Positions 1 to 8,864 of a DNA stretch of 56,699 nucleotides are shown piece after piece. The notes below the pieces were generated by a model that did not search any database, had not been told where the DNA came from, and saw nothing but the letters and a program-made list of their open reading frames with translations. The number at the start of each line of letters is the position of its first letter. The stretch's first letter is position 1. The position numbers and the translations under genes were made by a program. Source of the stretch: a virus (taxonomy: Duplodnaviria; Caudoviricetes); IMG/VR virus record IMGVR_UViG_3300044731_000819, positions 1 to 56,699 of that record; one strand, written 5' to 3'.

Positions 1-731
1 ATGATTTTTGTCTCACCACAATTTCTCCAAATGTTCCATAATAATGCCCACATTTCAGCAGTCCAATATTGAATTTGTCCATTACCAATTGGAAATCTTT
101 TTTGAAAATCAAATAACTTATCGTATAATATAATTGAATCAATGTAGACCTTATTCCAAAATTCAAAGTCAGTATTTTTGATGATGTATTGTCCCCCTCC
201 AGAACTTTCCTGATATTTTTTAACACAACTTAATTCAACACCAATAACATCACACATCTCCTGAATTAATTGTTCAGGTTCCAAATCTTTATATTGTTGT
301 TCGTGTCGGTCAGCAACCGTTTTAATATACTCATATCCAATGTATCCTTTGGTATCCGACAGATAAGTTATCTCATCATCAACATACTCTGAATAGTCAG
401 GTAATTCTCTAAAGATGATATCTGCGTCGTGCAAAAAGAAAACTTTTCCAAGTTCAGGAAATTCTTCAATCCATTTACTAATTAGATATGGTTTAATACT
501 CGGAATATAATGTTTCTTAAATCTATCATCCTTATAGAAATGAACATTATATCCATAATTTCTTAATTCCAAAGCACCTTCAGATGGTTCTTTTTGACCA
601 TTACATAACCCATAAATTATGTGAATATTTTCAGGTTTAATTCCCTTACTTACGAAATTATGACCATAGATTTTTGCCTGCCAGTGAAAATACGGAACAT
701 CAGGCTGTGCTGTAACATAAATTAACTCCAT
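1..731 (-). CDS. GT-A (DxD) glycosyltransferase resembling GT96/GT95 (peptidyl-Ser galactosyltransferase / Hyp arabinosyltransferase); 3' end runs off the window
   Basis: Not in the ORF track. ATG at 731; hand translation gives MELIYVTAQPDVPYFHWQAKIY...HYIPSIKPYLISKWIEE...FFLHDADIIFREL...SGGGQYIIK...QYWTAEMWALLWN, with no stop found before the window edge. DAD follows a hydrophobic strand. Confidence 0.75.
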   Translation of the reverse strand, partial: MELIYVTAQPDVPYFHWQAKIYGHNFVSKGIKPENIHIIYGLCNGQKEPSEGALELRNYGYNVHFYKDDRFKKHYIPSIKPYLISKWIEEFPELGKVFFLHDADIIFRELPDYSEYVDDEITYLSDTKGYIGYEYIKTVADRHEQQYKDLEPEQLIQEMCDVIGVELSCVKKYQESSGGGQYIIKNTDFEFWNKVYIDSIILYDKLFDFQKRFPIGNGQIQYWTAEMWALLWNIWRNCGETKI

Positions 732-768
732 AGTAAAAAATAATAATTAAATTGTCAAATTTGTATAT

Positions 769-801
769 AAAAAAAAACCACCTATTATGTAGGTGGTTTT
801 T
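769..801 (-). terminator. Intrinsic terminator after the fibre gene cluster
   Basis: Inverted repeat AAAAACCACCTA-ttatg-TAGGTGGTTTTT; ends in a T9 run on the minus strand, just downstream of the stop at 820. Confidence 0.8.
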
Positions 802-819
802 AAGATTATTCTTATTTTA

Positions 820-3054
820 TTAGTTAGTAGTAATCCTACCGTTAAATCCTGTTGGGTAGTTGAATGATGAGTTATAATTATCCCTAACAGTAATTGCCGC
901 CCCTGTAGGTGCTGCGTTCCCTGAACCATTAACACTCGCAAATCCTCTTGAACCATCCATTTGAAATAAATTTAATGCTCCAATAAATGTTGGTCCGGCA
1001 CCTCCAGTCCAAACAAACATATTGTTTATTTGTGTGGTATTTAATCCTGAACCTTCAGTGTATAATATAAGCCAAGCAACCCCCTGACCATTGGCTAAAA
1101 CTAATGGTTGGGTTGCAACAGTCGCGTCAAAATCAATTGAATTTCCAGCACTACTGATAATTAATTGACCCATATTTTGCATAGGTGAAAATCCTGAAAC
1201 ATCACCATAAACTGTATTATTACCACCAATTATTAATTGTGCTAAAGAGGTTATTCCTGTAAATACTGATAGATTACCTGTTATTGTATTACCACTGTTA
1301 GTCACCGTCATAGCTGTTGGGGTCAGTGTGTTACCTTTTTGGAATATATTGAATGATGTTGTGGTTAATGATGGGTTCATTGTTCCTAAATCCCCGCTGA
1401 TTGTATTATTTCCAGTTATCATAAACCTGTTTGATGGTACAACTAAATTTGAAAGTGGTCCTGATATGGTATTATTACCCGCAATTAATAAACTATGCAT
1501 TCTACCTGAAACATTATTAGAAGTACCAGATAATGTTCCACTTATAGTATTAGCACCTCCAATTAAAACCCTACTTTGGTATGGTTTTAAAGTTAAATTA
1601 CCGGTGATAGTATTACCAGTGGTAATGTATGTCATATTATACGTGGATGCGTTAAATTTACCATTAAAAATGGCAATTGAGTTAATGTCCGGTAAATCAC
1701 TAAAATTACCCGATATAGTATTATTACCACCTATAATTATTTGGCCAGTATTTGGTATAGCTGTATAATCTTGGTTAACAAATCCTGTAATATTTCCAGT
1801 TAAAGTATTATTACCTCTAATATTTAAAGACCTCAAACTTGTTGGTAAATTGCTAACATTTCCACTAACCGTGTTTAAGTCTCTAATCGTAGGTAAAGAA
1901 CCTCCCGAAAGAGGTATTTCACACATTTCGTATCCAAAATCAGTATAGAGTAAAGTAGTCATGGATAATGTCTTAATAGTATTTGGTAGATTATTTACAT
2001 CTCCATAATAAGTTCCACCTGCAAGTGATAACGTTTGTAAGTTAGTACATGCTGAAAATTCGGCAATATCTCCAGTTATCCATGTATTCCAGTCATTAGC
2101 ATTTATTTCTTGAGCATTAACCATTTTACCAAGTTCCGCCGTTGTTGCCGATATTGTCCCAGTATTATTTAATAAATCATAACAGTCATTATAAGGTCGA
2201 TACAACGCTCGACGGGCAGGACTTACAAATCTAGATTGACCAATATCAACTGAGAAATTCCCTATAAAACTAGTTATAACTCCAGGTGTTAATGTTTGAG
2301 CACTGATAGTAACTGTTTTGGTTCCCGCAGTGAAAGAACCTGTATAAGTATGCATTGCAAACTGATTAGTATTTGTAGGTGTAAATGCAGTTACGTTTCC
2401 ATCCCCCCAATCAATTGACATAGGAAGTATCGAAGTTGAAAAGAAAGAGATTCCAAAATAACCATTTCCTGCAAAATCAAACTGAGCCGTTTCATATAAT
2501 GTCGCCCCACTTGATTGTGTTGGAGTTGGTGTTGGGAAATTAGAAGGAGTTGGTGTCTGTGATGGAGGTACTGGTCCTACCCATTCACCATCAATTTCTT
2601 CACATATCAATGTAGGAACGTCTTCACTCCAAGTTAAATTGGTTCCGTCTACTAATCCTTGAGCACAAATATAAAACCCAGCACTATCACCTGCTTGGGT
2701 TGTGTAACTATCCGAATTACCATAACAATCCGTATAATTAAGAACAGCACCAGCCGTCCATCCATCGGTTGGAGTAACAAACCAATAGTAACAAGTGGCT
2801 TCAAATGTCGCAGTTGGTGTTGGTAAAACACTACAAGTGTCTTGTTGAACAACAAGACATCCGTTATCTGATTGAGCACTTAACGATATCTGATTATACC
2901 CATCAAATGTTGACGGTAATGGTACAACATAGGGAAATACAGAAATATCAGTTATTTGTGTTGGGTGCGTATAACAATAATCATTTGATGGGTAAGTACA
3001 AATTGTTAATGTTGCGGGTGGCCCTGAGTAAGATGATATCCAAATATATGGCAT
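820..3054 (-). CDS. Putative tail fibre / receptor-binding protein (Cys-rich N-module, PT linker, PKD-like domain, LRR-like solenoid)
   Basis: 744 aa. IDWGDG..HTY PKD-like motif; about 12 LRR-like repeats of the type LxIxGxNTISGxLSxL; PSQTPTPSNFPTPTPT linker; last gene of the baseplate/fibre cluster. Confidence 0.6.
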   Translation of the reverse strand: MPYIWISSYSGPPATLTICTYPSNDYCYTHPTQITDISVFPYVVPLPSTFDGYNQISLSAQSDNGCLVVQQDTCSVLPTPTATFEATCYYWFVTPTDGWTAGAVLNYTDCYGNSDSYTTQAGDSAGFYICAQGLVDGTNLTWSEDVPTLICEEIDGEWVGPVPPSQTPTPSNFPTPTPTQSSGATLYETAQFDFAGNGYFGISFFSTSILPMSIDWGDGNVTAFTPTNTNQFAMHTYTGSFTAGTKTVTISAQTLTPGVITSFIGNFSVDIGQSRFVSPARRALYRPYNDCYDLLNNTGTISATTAELGKMVNAQEINANDWNTWITGDIAEFSACTNLQTLSLAGGTYYGDVNNLPNTIKTLSMTTLLYTDFGYEMCEIPLSGGSLPTIRDLNTVSGNVSNLPTSLRSLNIRGNNTLTGNITGFVNQDYTAIPNTGQIIIGGNNTISGNFSDLPDINSIAIFNGKFNASTYNMTYITTGNTITGNLTLKPYQSRVLIGGANTISGTLSGTSNNVSGRMHSLLIAGNNTISGPLSNLVVPSNRFMITGNNTISGDLGTMNPSLTTTSFNIFQKGNTLTPTAMTVTNSGNTITGNLSVFTGITSLAQLIIGGNNTVYGDVSGFSPMQNMGQLIISSAGNSIDFDATVATQPLVLANGQGVAWLILYTEGSGLNTTQINNMFVWTGGAGPTFIGALNLFQMDGSRGFASVNGSGNAAPTGAAITVRDNYNSSFNYPTGFNGRITTN

Positions 3055-3090
3055 TTTATTTTATTTTTTATTTTTTATTTTTTTATTCTA

Positions 3091-5601
3091 TTAACACATT
3101 ACAGCATTTGTTATATAACCACCACTATCAACTTGTATTGCAATTGTTACTGGTGTATATCCATAAACGGTATACTTACAATTTGAAACTGAAATCCAAT
3201 TATTTCCACCATTAACAACGTTTTGTGTTTGGGCGTCTTGGAATCTGAATGGAATTGTCCCAAAGTTATTAACAATATAATCCAACGTATTTGATTGAGG
3301 TGCCGGATTAATCAAATAACTCTTTTGGACTGAATAATCACTACAAGAAGTCGCACTAGTTGCAGCACTGACAGTACTCACACCAGCAACCATCATATAA
3401 GTATTTGCTCCAGGTGCAGGTAATTTTATGAAACTTATTGCAGTATCACTTGGAGTCGGAAATAAAGGAACTGGTGGATTTACATATAAGTCAAAAGGTC
3501 CTTGTACAGGTATAAGTGTTGCTCCTTGTGTTGTGGCAGTTATTGAGAAGTTAATATATTCAAATCCAAAAGTACCTGAAATAAGTTTATACTCTAAAAC
3601 ATTATATCCTGACGAATCTAAGTTTGAACTGAATCCGCTAGTAGTTCCTAATGGGTAATTAGTCCAAGTAGCAGCATTTCCATCATAAATACTAAATTGC
3701 GCATTTGGTATGTCAGTTCCTATTGGGAATGGCCATTCGAATTGAATATCAACGGTATCATTTGGACTTCCAATTATTACTATTTGTTCGATAGATGAAG
3801 CTGTTGATGCGGTTGATATAAACCCTGCTGAGCTATAAACATTTGCAACTCCATTATATTTAAATTGAACTGTTAATGGTGTCTCGTTGTTTTCACAATC
3901 AAAGCAAGAACCAAACTCATTCAAAGTTGTTATTTCAGGATAAGCGGGCTGTCCATCTAATCTATATCCAGTATATTCCCAACATCCTTCAAAATCTTGT
4001 AGAGTATATATTGAACCTTCAGTAATATCTGTTGGTTCGGTAAAGGTATAAATTTTACTTCCAGATAAGATATTTGTTAAATAAGCATTTAGGTCATTTT
4101 CAACTAATGATTGTGTAAATCCTGTAATAGTCGCATCAACCGCCCAACCGAAGTTTTTCAATCCAGGTCCTACCTGATATTGTAAGGGTAAATTTTGATA
4201 AGCACTTGTGCCCGAAAATACTGTAAATTTATTAAAATAACTAAGTGGAGTAAAATCAAAATACTGACCATTAGTCGTCGCTGAATATGCATTATACCTT
4301 TGATTTGGGTATGGCCATTGTGTTCCAGTAGTATCAAACAACCCTTCACAATATTTTGATTGGAAGTAAGAAGGTGCATATGGTATTTCCGCCTCAAGTA
4401 GTTCAATTGCCTGATATAATGTACCATATCCTTGCGCTTGATAAATAGGACCAAAAGAACTTGCCGCTGTAACTACTTGTGTTGGTACGGGGAAAAGAAA
4501 AACGTTTGCAAATCCATTTAAATTAATATTAACATCTTCCCAAACTTTTAACCAAGATTCATAATCTCTTTGGATAGAGGAACCTGAATATGAGCCTGAC
4601 GAGTATCCACCAAAAGCAGGACAAAAATTAGGAACTCTAATAACAGGTTGTGGGTTATTTGGATTCAAAACGGTAGGGGGAATGTTGTTAATAGCCACAA
4701 ACGAAGCATTAGCACCTTGGTTAAATTCGAAATATGGTTGTATAAAATTTGTTCCTCCACTAGTTGCAGTTTGTGACAAACATCCACCATAACTAGGTCC
4801 TGTCCTCTCCACACAAGATTCATTCAAAACAATTATTGATATATAATTTGTATCTTGACTGCCTATGTTTGCAAGTTGACATCCTGCCAATGTGTAGTTA
4901 CTATGATTAAATGGAACCCCTTTACTATATCCAAGAGTGTTTGGTAATGGATTTCCTGTTGCCAAATCTTGACCTAACGCCATTCTCCTTACAACTTGGC
5001 TACTAGCCACATTACCATTACTACCATCAGAATACGTAACACTACCCATTTCAATTCTAACGTTTGTTGAGTCTGATAATGTTCCGCCTGTTGTAGACCC
5101 TAAATAAGGATAACATGGCCAATTGACATATCTCTCGTTAACTACAGGTATTTCATATAAATTTCCAGTATAACCACTATTTTGTACTAGATTATAATAC
5201 CAAGTCCTTATAGCGGTAGATGCTCCACTTAATGTTTCTATAGCAGGTCCTATTACCGCAACTCCATCGGGATATGAAGTCGATGTATCATAATATACAT
5301 ATATATTTTTATCAAGTTGTAGACCACAAGATTCAAATCCCCAAGTTCCGGGAGGGTCAATACCACAAAGTACTAATTGTGGAACTGTAAATAAAGTAGT
5401 ACTAGCCGATAATTGAATATAACAATATTGGTCATAATCAAAACTAGTTGGTAATGTATACCAAGCGGGTAGAGAAGTTGTTGGGGTTATTTGACCAACA
5501 TTATAACAAGTCCCAATTGTAGGTCCTGGCAAGTTAGCCTCACAAGCAATTATATCTGATGCAACTGTACCCGTATAATTTGTAATTAGTATTTGTGCCA
5601 T
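3091..5601 (-). CDS. Putative virion fibre/appendage protein
   Basis: 836 aa, rich in Thr/Ser/Gly/Cys. N-terminal module resembles that of 820..3054. TATTTAT motif upstream. Confidence 0.5.
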   Translation of the reverse strand: MAQILITNYTGTVASDIIACEANLPGPTIGTCYNVGQITPTTSLPAWYTLPTSFDYDQYCYIQLSASTTLFTVPQLVLCGIDPPGTWGFESCGLQLDKNIYVYYDTSTSYPDGVAVIGPAIETLSGASTAIRTWYYNLVQNSGYTGNLYEIPVVNERYVNWPCYPYLGSTTGGTLSDSTNVRIEMGSVTYSDGSNGNVASSQVVRRMALGQDLATGNPLPNTLGYSKGVPFNHSNYTLAGCQLANIGSQDTNYISIIVLNESCVERTGPSYGGCLSQTATSGGTNFIQPYFEFNQGANASFVAINNIPPTVLNPNNPQPVIRVPNFCPAFGGYSSGSYSGSSIQRDYESWLKVWEDVNINLNGFANVFLFPVPTQVVTAASSFGPIYQAQGYGTLYQAIELLEAEIPYAPSYFQSKYCEGLFDTTGTQWPYPNQRYNAYSATTNGQYFDFTPLSYFNKFTVFSGTSAYQNLPLQYQVGPGLKNFGWAVDATITGFTQSLVENDLNAYLTNILSGSKIYTFTEPTDITEGSIYTLQDFEGCWEYTGYRLDGQPAYPEITTLNEFGSCFDCENNETPLTVQFKYNGVANVYSSAGFISTASTASSIEQIVIIGSPNDTVDIQFEWPFPIGTDIPNAQFSIYDGNAATWTNYPLGTTSGFSSNLDSSGYNVLEYKLISGTFGFEYINFSITATTQGATLIPVQGPFDLYVNPPVPLFPTPSDTAISFIKLPAPGANTYMMVAGVSTVSAATSATSCSDYSVQKSYLINPAPQSNTLDYIVNNFGTIPFRFQDAQTQNVVNGGNNWISVSNCKYTVYGYTPVTIAIQVDSGGYITNAVMC

Positions 5602-5623
5602 AGTAAAATGTTCTTTTTATGTA

Positions 5624-5630
5624 ATAAATA
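5624..5630 (-). promoter_or_regulatory. TATTTAT putative late-promoter motif
   Basis: 22 nt upstream of ATG 5601; the same motif recurs before many genes. Confidence 0.55.
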
Positions 5631-5669
5631 TATTGATTCAAGTATTTTTGTAACTAGTTTAATAATAGA

Positions 5670-8600
5670 TTATTTTTTTGTTGGGGTTGGTGTTTTAGTT
5701 TTTGTAGGCGTGGGTGTCGGTGTCGAATTACAGAATCCTCCAGTACAAGTACCTACTTTGTTATAAAATACTCTAAATGGAGGTGTTGGTGGTTTAAATC
5801 CTTTAGCACAGAAGTTAGCACTTTTTGTTAATCCAGGAACATTTAATACCACCTCTCTGTCTATACAATCAATATAATTAATGGAGATAGGTGTTGGGTT
5901 AGTGTTATCAACATTATAACACTCACAGGCCGCTTGGGTTGGTGTTATTGTTGGAGTAACAGTTGGTGTTTTTGTAACTGTAGGTGTTGGTGTTTTGGTT
6001 TTAGTAGGTGTCGGAGTCTGAGTTTTAGTATTAGTAGGTGAAGGTAAAATAATGGTTGTTTTAGTTGGTGTAGGTGTGAGTGTTGGTGTTTTTGTAACTG
6101 TAGGTGTAGGTGTTTTAGTTTTTGTAACTGTAGGTGTAGGTGTTTTAGTTTTTGTAACTGTAGGAGTTGGTGTAACAGTCATTGTATTTGTTGGTGTTGG
6201 CGTGTTACTACAATAATCAGGAGCCTTATAGGTATATAATGCACTGCAACTCACGTCGCTAAATGTTACATATATAGAACAATACTGCCCATCTGCAGGT
6301 ATATCTAAGAACGATATATTATAATCAGTACTAAATGGTGGATAATATACTATTTGAGTTCTTGTACATCCGTTAGCAATTGTTAAAGTTCCAGTTGCAG
6401 GTGGATTAGTGATATGAACAACATTTGTACCTGAAATATAATAAGTTGACGTTAATGGATTACACGCCGATGGACTAATACTATCTATTGTTATAGAACA
6501 AGGAGTCGCATCACTTGGTGATGGAGTATTTGTAGGTGTTGTAGTTATAGTATTTGTGGGAGTTACAGTCGGTGTAATACTATTTGTTGGAGTCCAAGTA
6601 GGTTGTGGTGTCAGTGTTGGAGTAACACTGACTTGTGGTGAAGGTACAGGAATTAAACCTGACGTTTCTGTTGGTGTTGGACTTGGTGTTGGTGTAATTT
6701 GAATAACTTGGTCACAAGTTACATTCATTAATATTCTAACCGATATTTTAACCGCATCGGATGGTAATAATGGATTATCACACAAACTATTGATTACAAT
6801 TCTTCCACTTTCATAATCCACAATTAAACTACCAAATACCCCCAAACTATTTAAATAGTTTTGAACAAGTTGAGCATATTGTAAATTTGTTGGTACGTCG
6901 GTTAAAGATTCTGACGTATATAAATCAATCGTTGTCGCAGTCGTCCCAACTTCTATATCAACATAAAAGTATGCTAAGTCCATCACACAATTTATTTGTC
7001 CGTCAGTCAATTCAACAAATGTTTGATTTAACATTTGTAAAAATCCAACCGTATCATCATTACCACAAACAAAATTACCGCTACCAAAATTATAACTATA
7101 TGGAGTCACTTCTCGTAATTCACATTTGATAGTTGCAGTCTTTCTTGTAAAACATCCTTGGGAATCAGTAACTGTTAATGCATAATTTCCATTATCCAAA
7201 TTATATACCGCAAATCCTGTTTGACCTGAAACATTACCTTCCCAATTTAAAGTATATGGTGGAGTTCCACTATTAATAAACGCAGTTAAAGTTCCTTTAG
7301 GTAAACATCCTGAATCCAACAAGTTAAAATCAACTCCGTTAGAACCACCAACTGTAAAGTTTTTAGTAATAGAACAACCTGAATTGTTTGTAAGTGTAAC
7401 ACCATAAGTTCCTTGTGGGACACCTTGTAATGTATAATCAGTTGTTAAATTTCTAATAGTCGCACCATTAGATAATGTTAAAGTAAATGTTTGACCAGTT
7501 ACAGTTGTGGTAATATCTACAAGACACGTTCCATTATTTATACCACAAGTTGTATTGGTCGGTATTAGTTCAAAATCAAAACCTAAATCTTGAGATAATG
7601 TAATTGTGTCGGTATAAGTACAGGCTGACGTTGAGTCAATTATACTAATTGTGTATGTACCTGCCGTTAAACTACCAAAAGTAATTGTTGAATTTGCAGG
7701 TAGATTAGATTGGGTTGAAATGAACCCATTAGTATTAGTACAAGACGCAGATATGGGCGCTCCTCCACCATTAATAGTTGTTGATATATATCCACTATTA
7801 TTTGAACAGTCCCTAAACCCATTTGTTGATGATATTATACCGAATGAGTTTGCAGTTTGTAGATTGAAAGTTTGAGAAACATTACAACTACTACTAACCC
7901 CCGTAAAACTAAAAGCCCCTGAACCTAATCCCGTAAAGGTAACTGTTCTTCCGCTAGTATATGTATCCCCATTTGAAGTATAGTAAGTAATAGGTAAAGA
8001 ACCTCCCGATAACTCAATTGAAACAATTCCATCGTTTACAAAACAAGACGGATTTGTAAAAGAAAATTCACCAATACCCAATCTATCATCTAAACCAACT
8101 ATAACACTTTCAGTAACTTCACATCCCGAACCGTCAGTAACCGTTACAATAAATGTATCATTTGTTAATGCTGTTAAATGGTAATCATTAAGTTGTAATC
8201 CAACATTGGTAGACCAAGTAACTGTGACTGGAGGTGTTTCATTATATAATGTTAAATAAATCTCCCCGTTTGGTCTTAAAGCACAGGGTGAGTTATTGAC
8301 AACATCAGTATTAATAGATAAACTACCATACGAACTATCAATAACCATAGTTCCAGTATTAGCACTACAACCTCCCCCATCTTCAATAATTACATAATAC
8401 GCATTAGGCGATAAACCAGATATCGTATATGGATTATCGTTAGTAGTTACCACAGATAATAAAGTGTCATCAACATCGTATAAACTAAATGTATTTGGTC
8501 CACCTAAATTTGGCGCTAAGGTAATTTCAATTTCCCCATTATTTAATCCACAAGTACTGTCTGTAGCAATAGTATTTGCGGAAATACCTGAAGAAATATA

Positions 8601-8864
8601 GAAATTAATTGTTGCACTATTGTTTACAGGTGTAGCATAATCGGTAACCAAAATAGTATAAGTACCGGCCGTTAATCCTGTAAAATTATATGCTTCTCTA
8701 ACTAATATCACAGAATCTCCAACATATGGAGATGTAATTTGAGCCGTGAATGGACCTGAACCCTGTAAAATGTTTAAGGTCGCAGCACCACTATTACATA
8801 AAATGTCACCACCGCAACATCCTGTTAAACTACTAATTGTTATACTAATTAAATTTTCAGCCAT
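5670..8864 (-). CDS. SprB-repeat adhesin-like virion protein with mucin-like Pro-Thr repeats
   Basis: 1064 aa. About 7 repeats of C..N.G.I.....GG..P..Y.......GL..G.Y...VTD..GC (SprB-like), followed by long TPTPTVTKTK tracts. Confidence 0.7.
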   Translation of the reverse strand: MAENLISITISSLTGCCGGDILCNSGAATLNILQGSGPFTAQITSPYVGDSVILVREAYNFTGLTAGTYTILVTDYATPVNNSATINFYISSGISANTIATDSTCGLNNGEIEITLAPNLGGPNTFSLYDVDDTLLSVVTTNDNPYTISGLSPNAYYVIIEDGGGCSANTGTMVIDSSYGSLSINTDVVNNSPCALRPNGEIYLTLYNETPPVTVTWSTNVGLQLNDYHLTALTNDTFIVTVTDGSGCEVTESVIVGLDDRLGIGEFSFTNPSCFVNDGIVSIELSGGSLPITYYTSNGDTYTSGRTVTFTGLGSGAFSFTGVSSSCNVSQTFNLQTANSFGIISSTNGFRDCSNNSGYISTTINGGGAPISASCTNTNGFISTQSNLPANSTITFGSLTAGTYTISIIDSTSACTYTDTITLSQDLGFDFELIPTNTTCGINNGTCLVDITTTVTGQTFTLTLSNGATIRNLTTDYTLQGVPQGTYGVTLTNNSGCSITKNFTVGGSNGVDFNLLDSGCLPKGTLTAFINSGTPPYTLNWEGNVSGQTGFAVYNLDNGNYALTVTDSQGCFTRKTATIKCELREVTPYSYNFGSGNFVCGNDDTVGFLQMLNQTFVELTDGQINCVMDLAYFYVDIEVGTTATTIDLYTSESLTDVPTNLQYAQLVQNYLNSLGVFGSLIVDYESGRIVINSLCDNPLLPSDAVKISVRILMNVTCDQVIQITPTPSPTPTETSGLIPVPSPQVSVTPTLTPQPTWTPTNSITPTVTPTNTITTTPTNTPSPSDATPCSITIDSISPSACNPLTSTYYISGTNVVHITNPPATGTLTIANGCTRTQIVYYPPFSTDYNISFLDIPADGQYCSIYVTFSDVSCSALYTYKAPDYCSNTPTPTNTMTVTPTPTVTKTKTPTPTVTKTKTPTPTVTKTPTLTPTPTKTTIILPSPTNTKTQTPTPTKTKTPTPTVTKTPTVTPTITPTQAACECYNVDNTNPTPISINYIDCIDREVVLNVPGLTKSANFCAKGFKPPTPPFRVFYNKVGTCTGGFCNSTPTPTPTKTKTPTPTKK
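6088..6164. repeat. 30-bp tandem repeat (about 2.5 copies) encoding TPTPTVTKTK
   Basis: tttgtaactgtaggtgtaggtgttttagtt at 6091-6120 and 6121-6150, plus a partial third copy. Confidence 0.9.

Noticed and set aside
730-758. Near-consensus sigma70 promoter TTGACA-N17-TACTAT upstream of the glycosyltransferase
   Set aside because: The -10 box overlaps the ATG itself, so transcription would start inside the gene; it cannot be supported as this gene's promoter without TSS data.
5935-6700. CRISPR array or diversity-generating retroelement in the repeat-rich region
   Set aside because: The repeats are in-frame coding PT repeats without unique spacers; no reverse transcriptase or TR/VR pair was seen in the window.
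1-8864. Plant/eukaryotic contamination suggested by LRR, extensin-like and HPAT-like sequences
   Set aside because: These genes are intron-free, have similar base composition to their neighbours, are contiguous with phage baseplate genes and share the same TATTTAT motif and intrinsic terminators.
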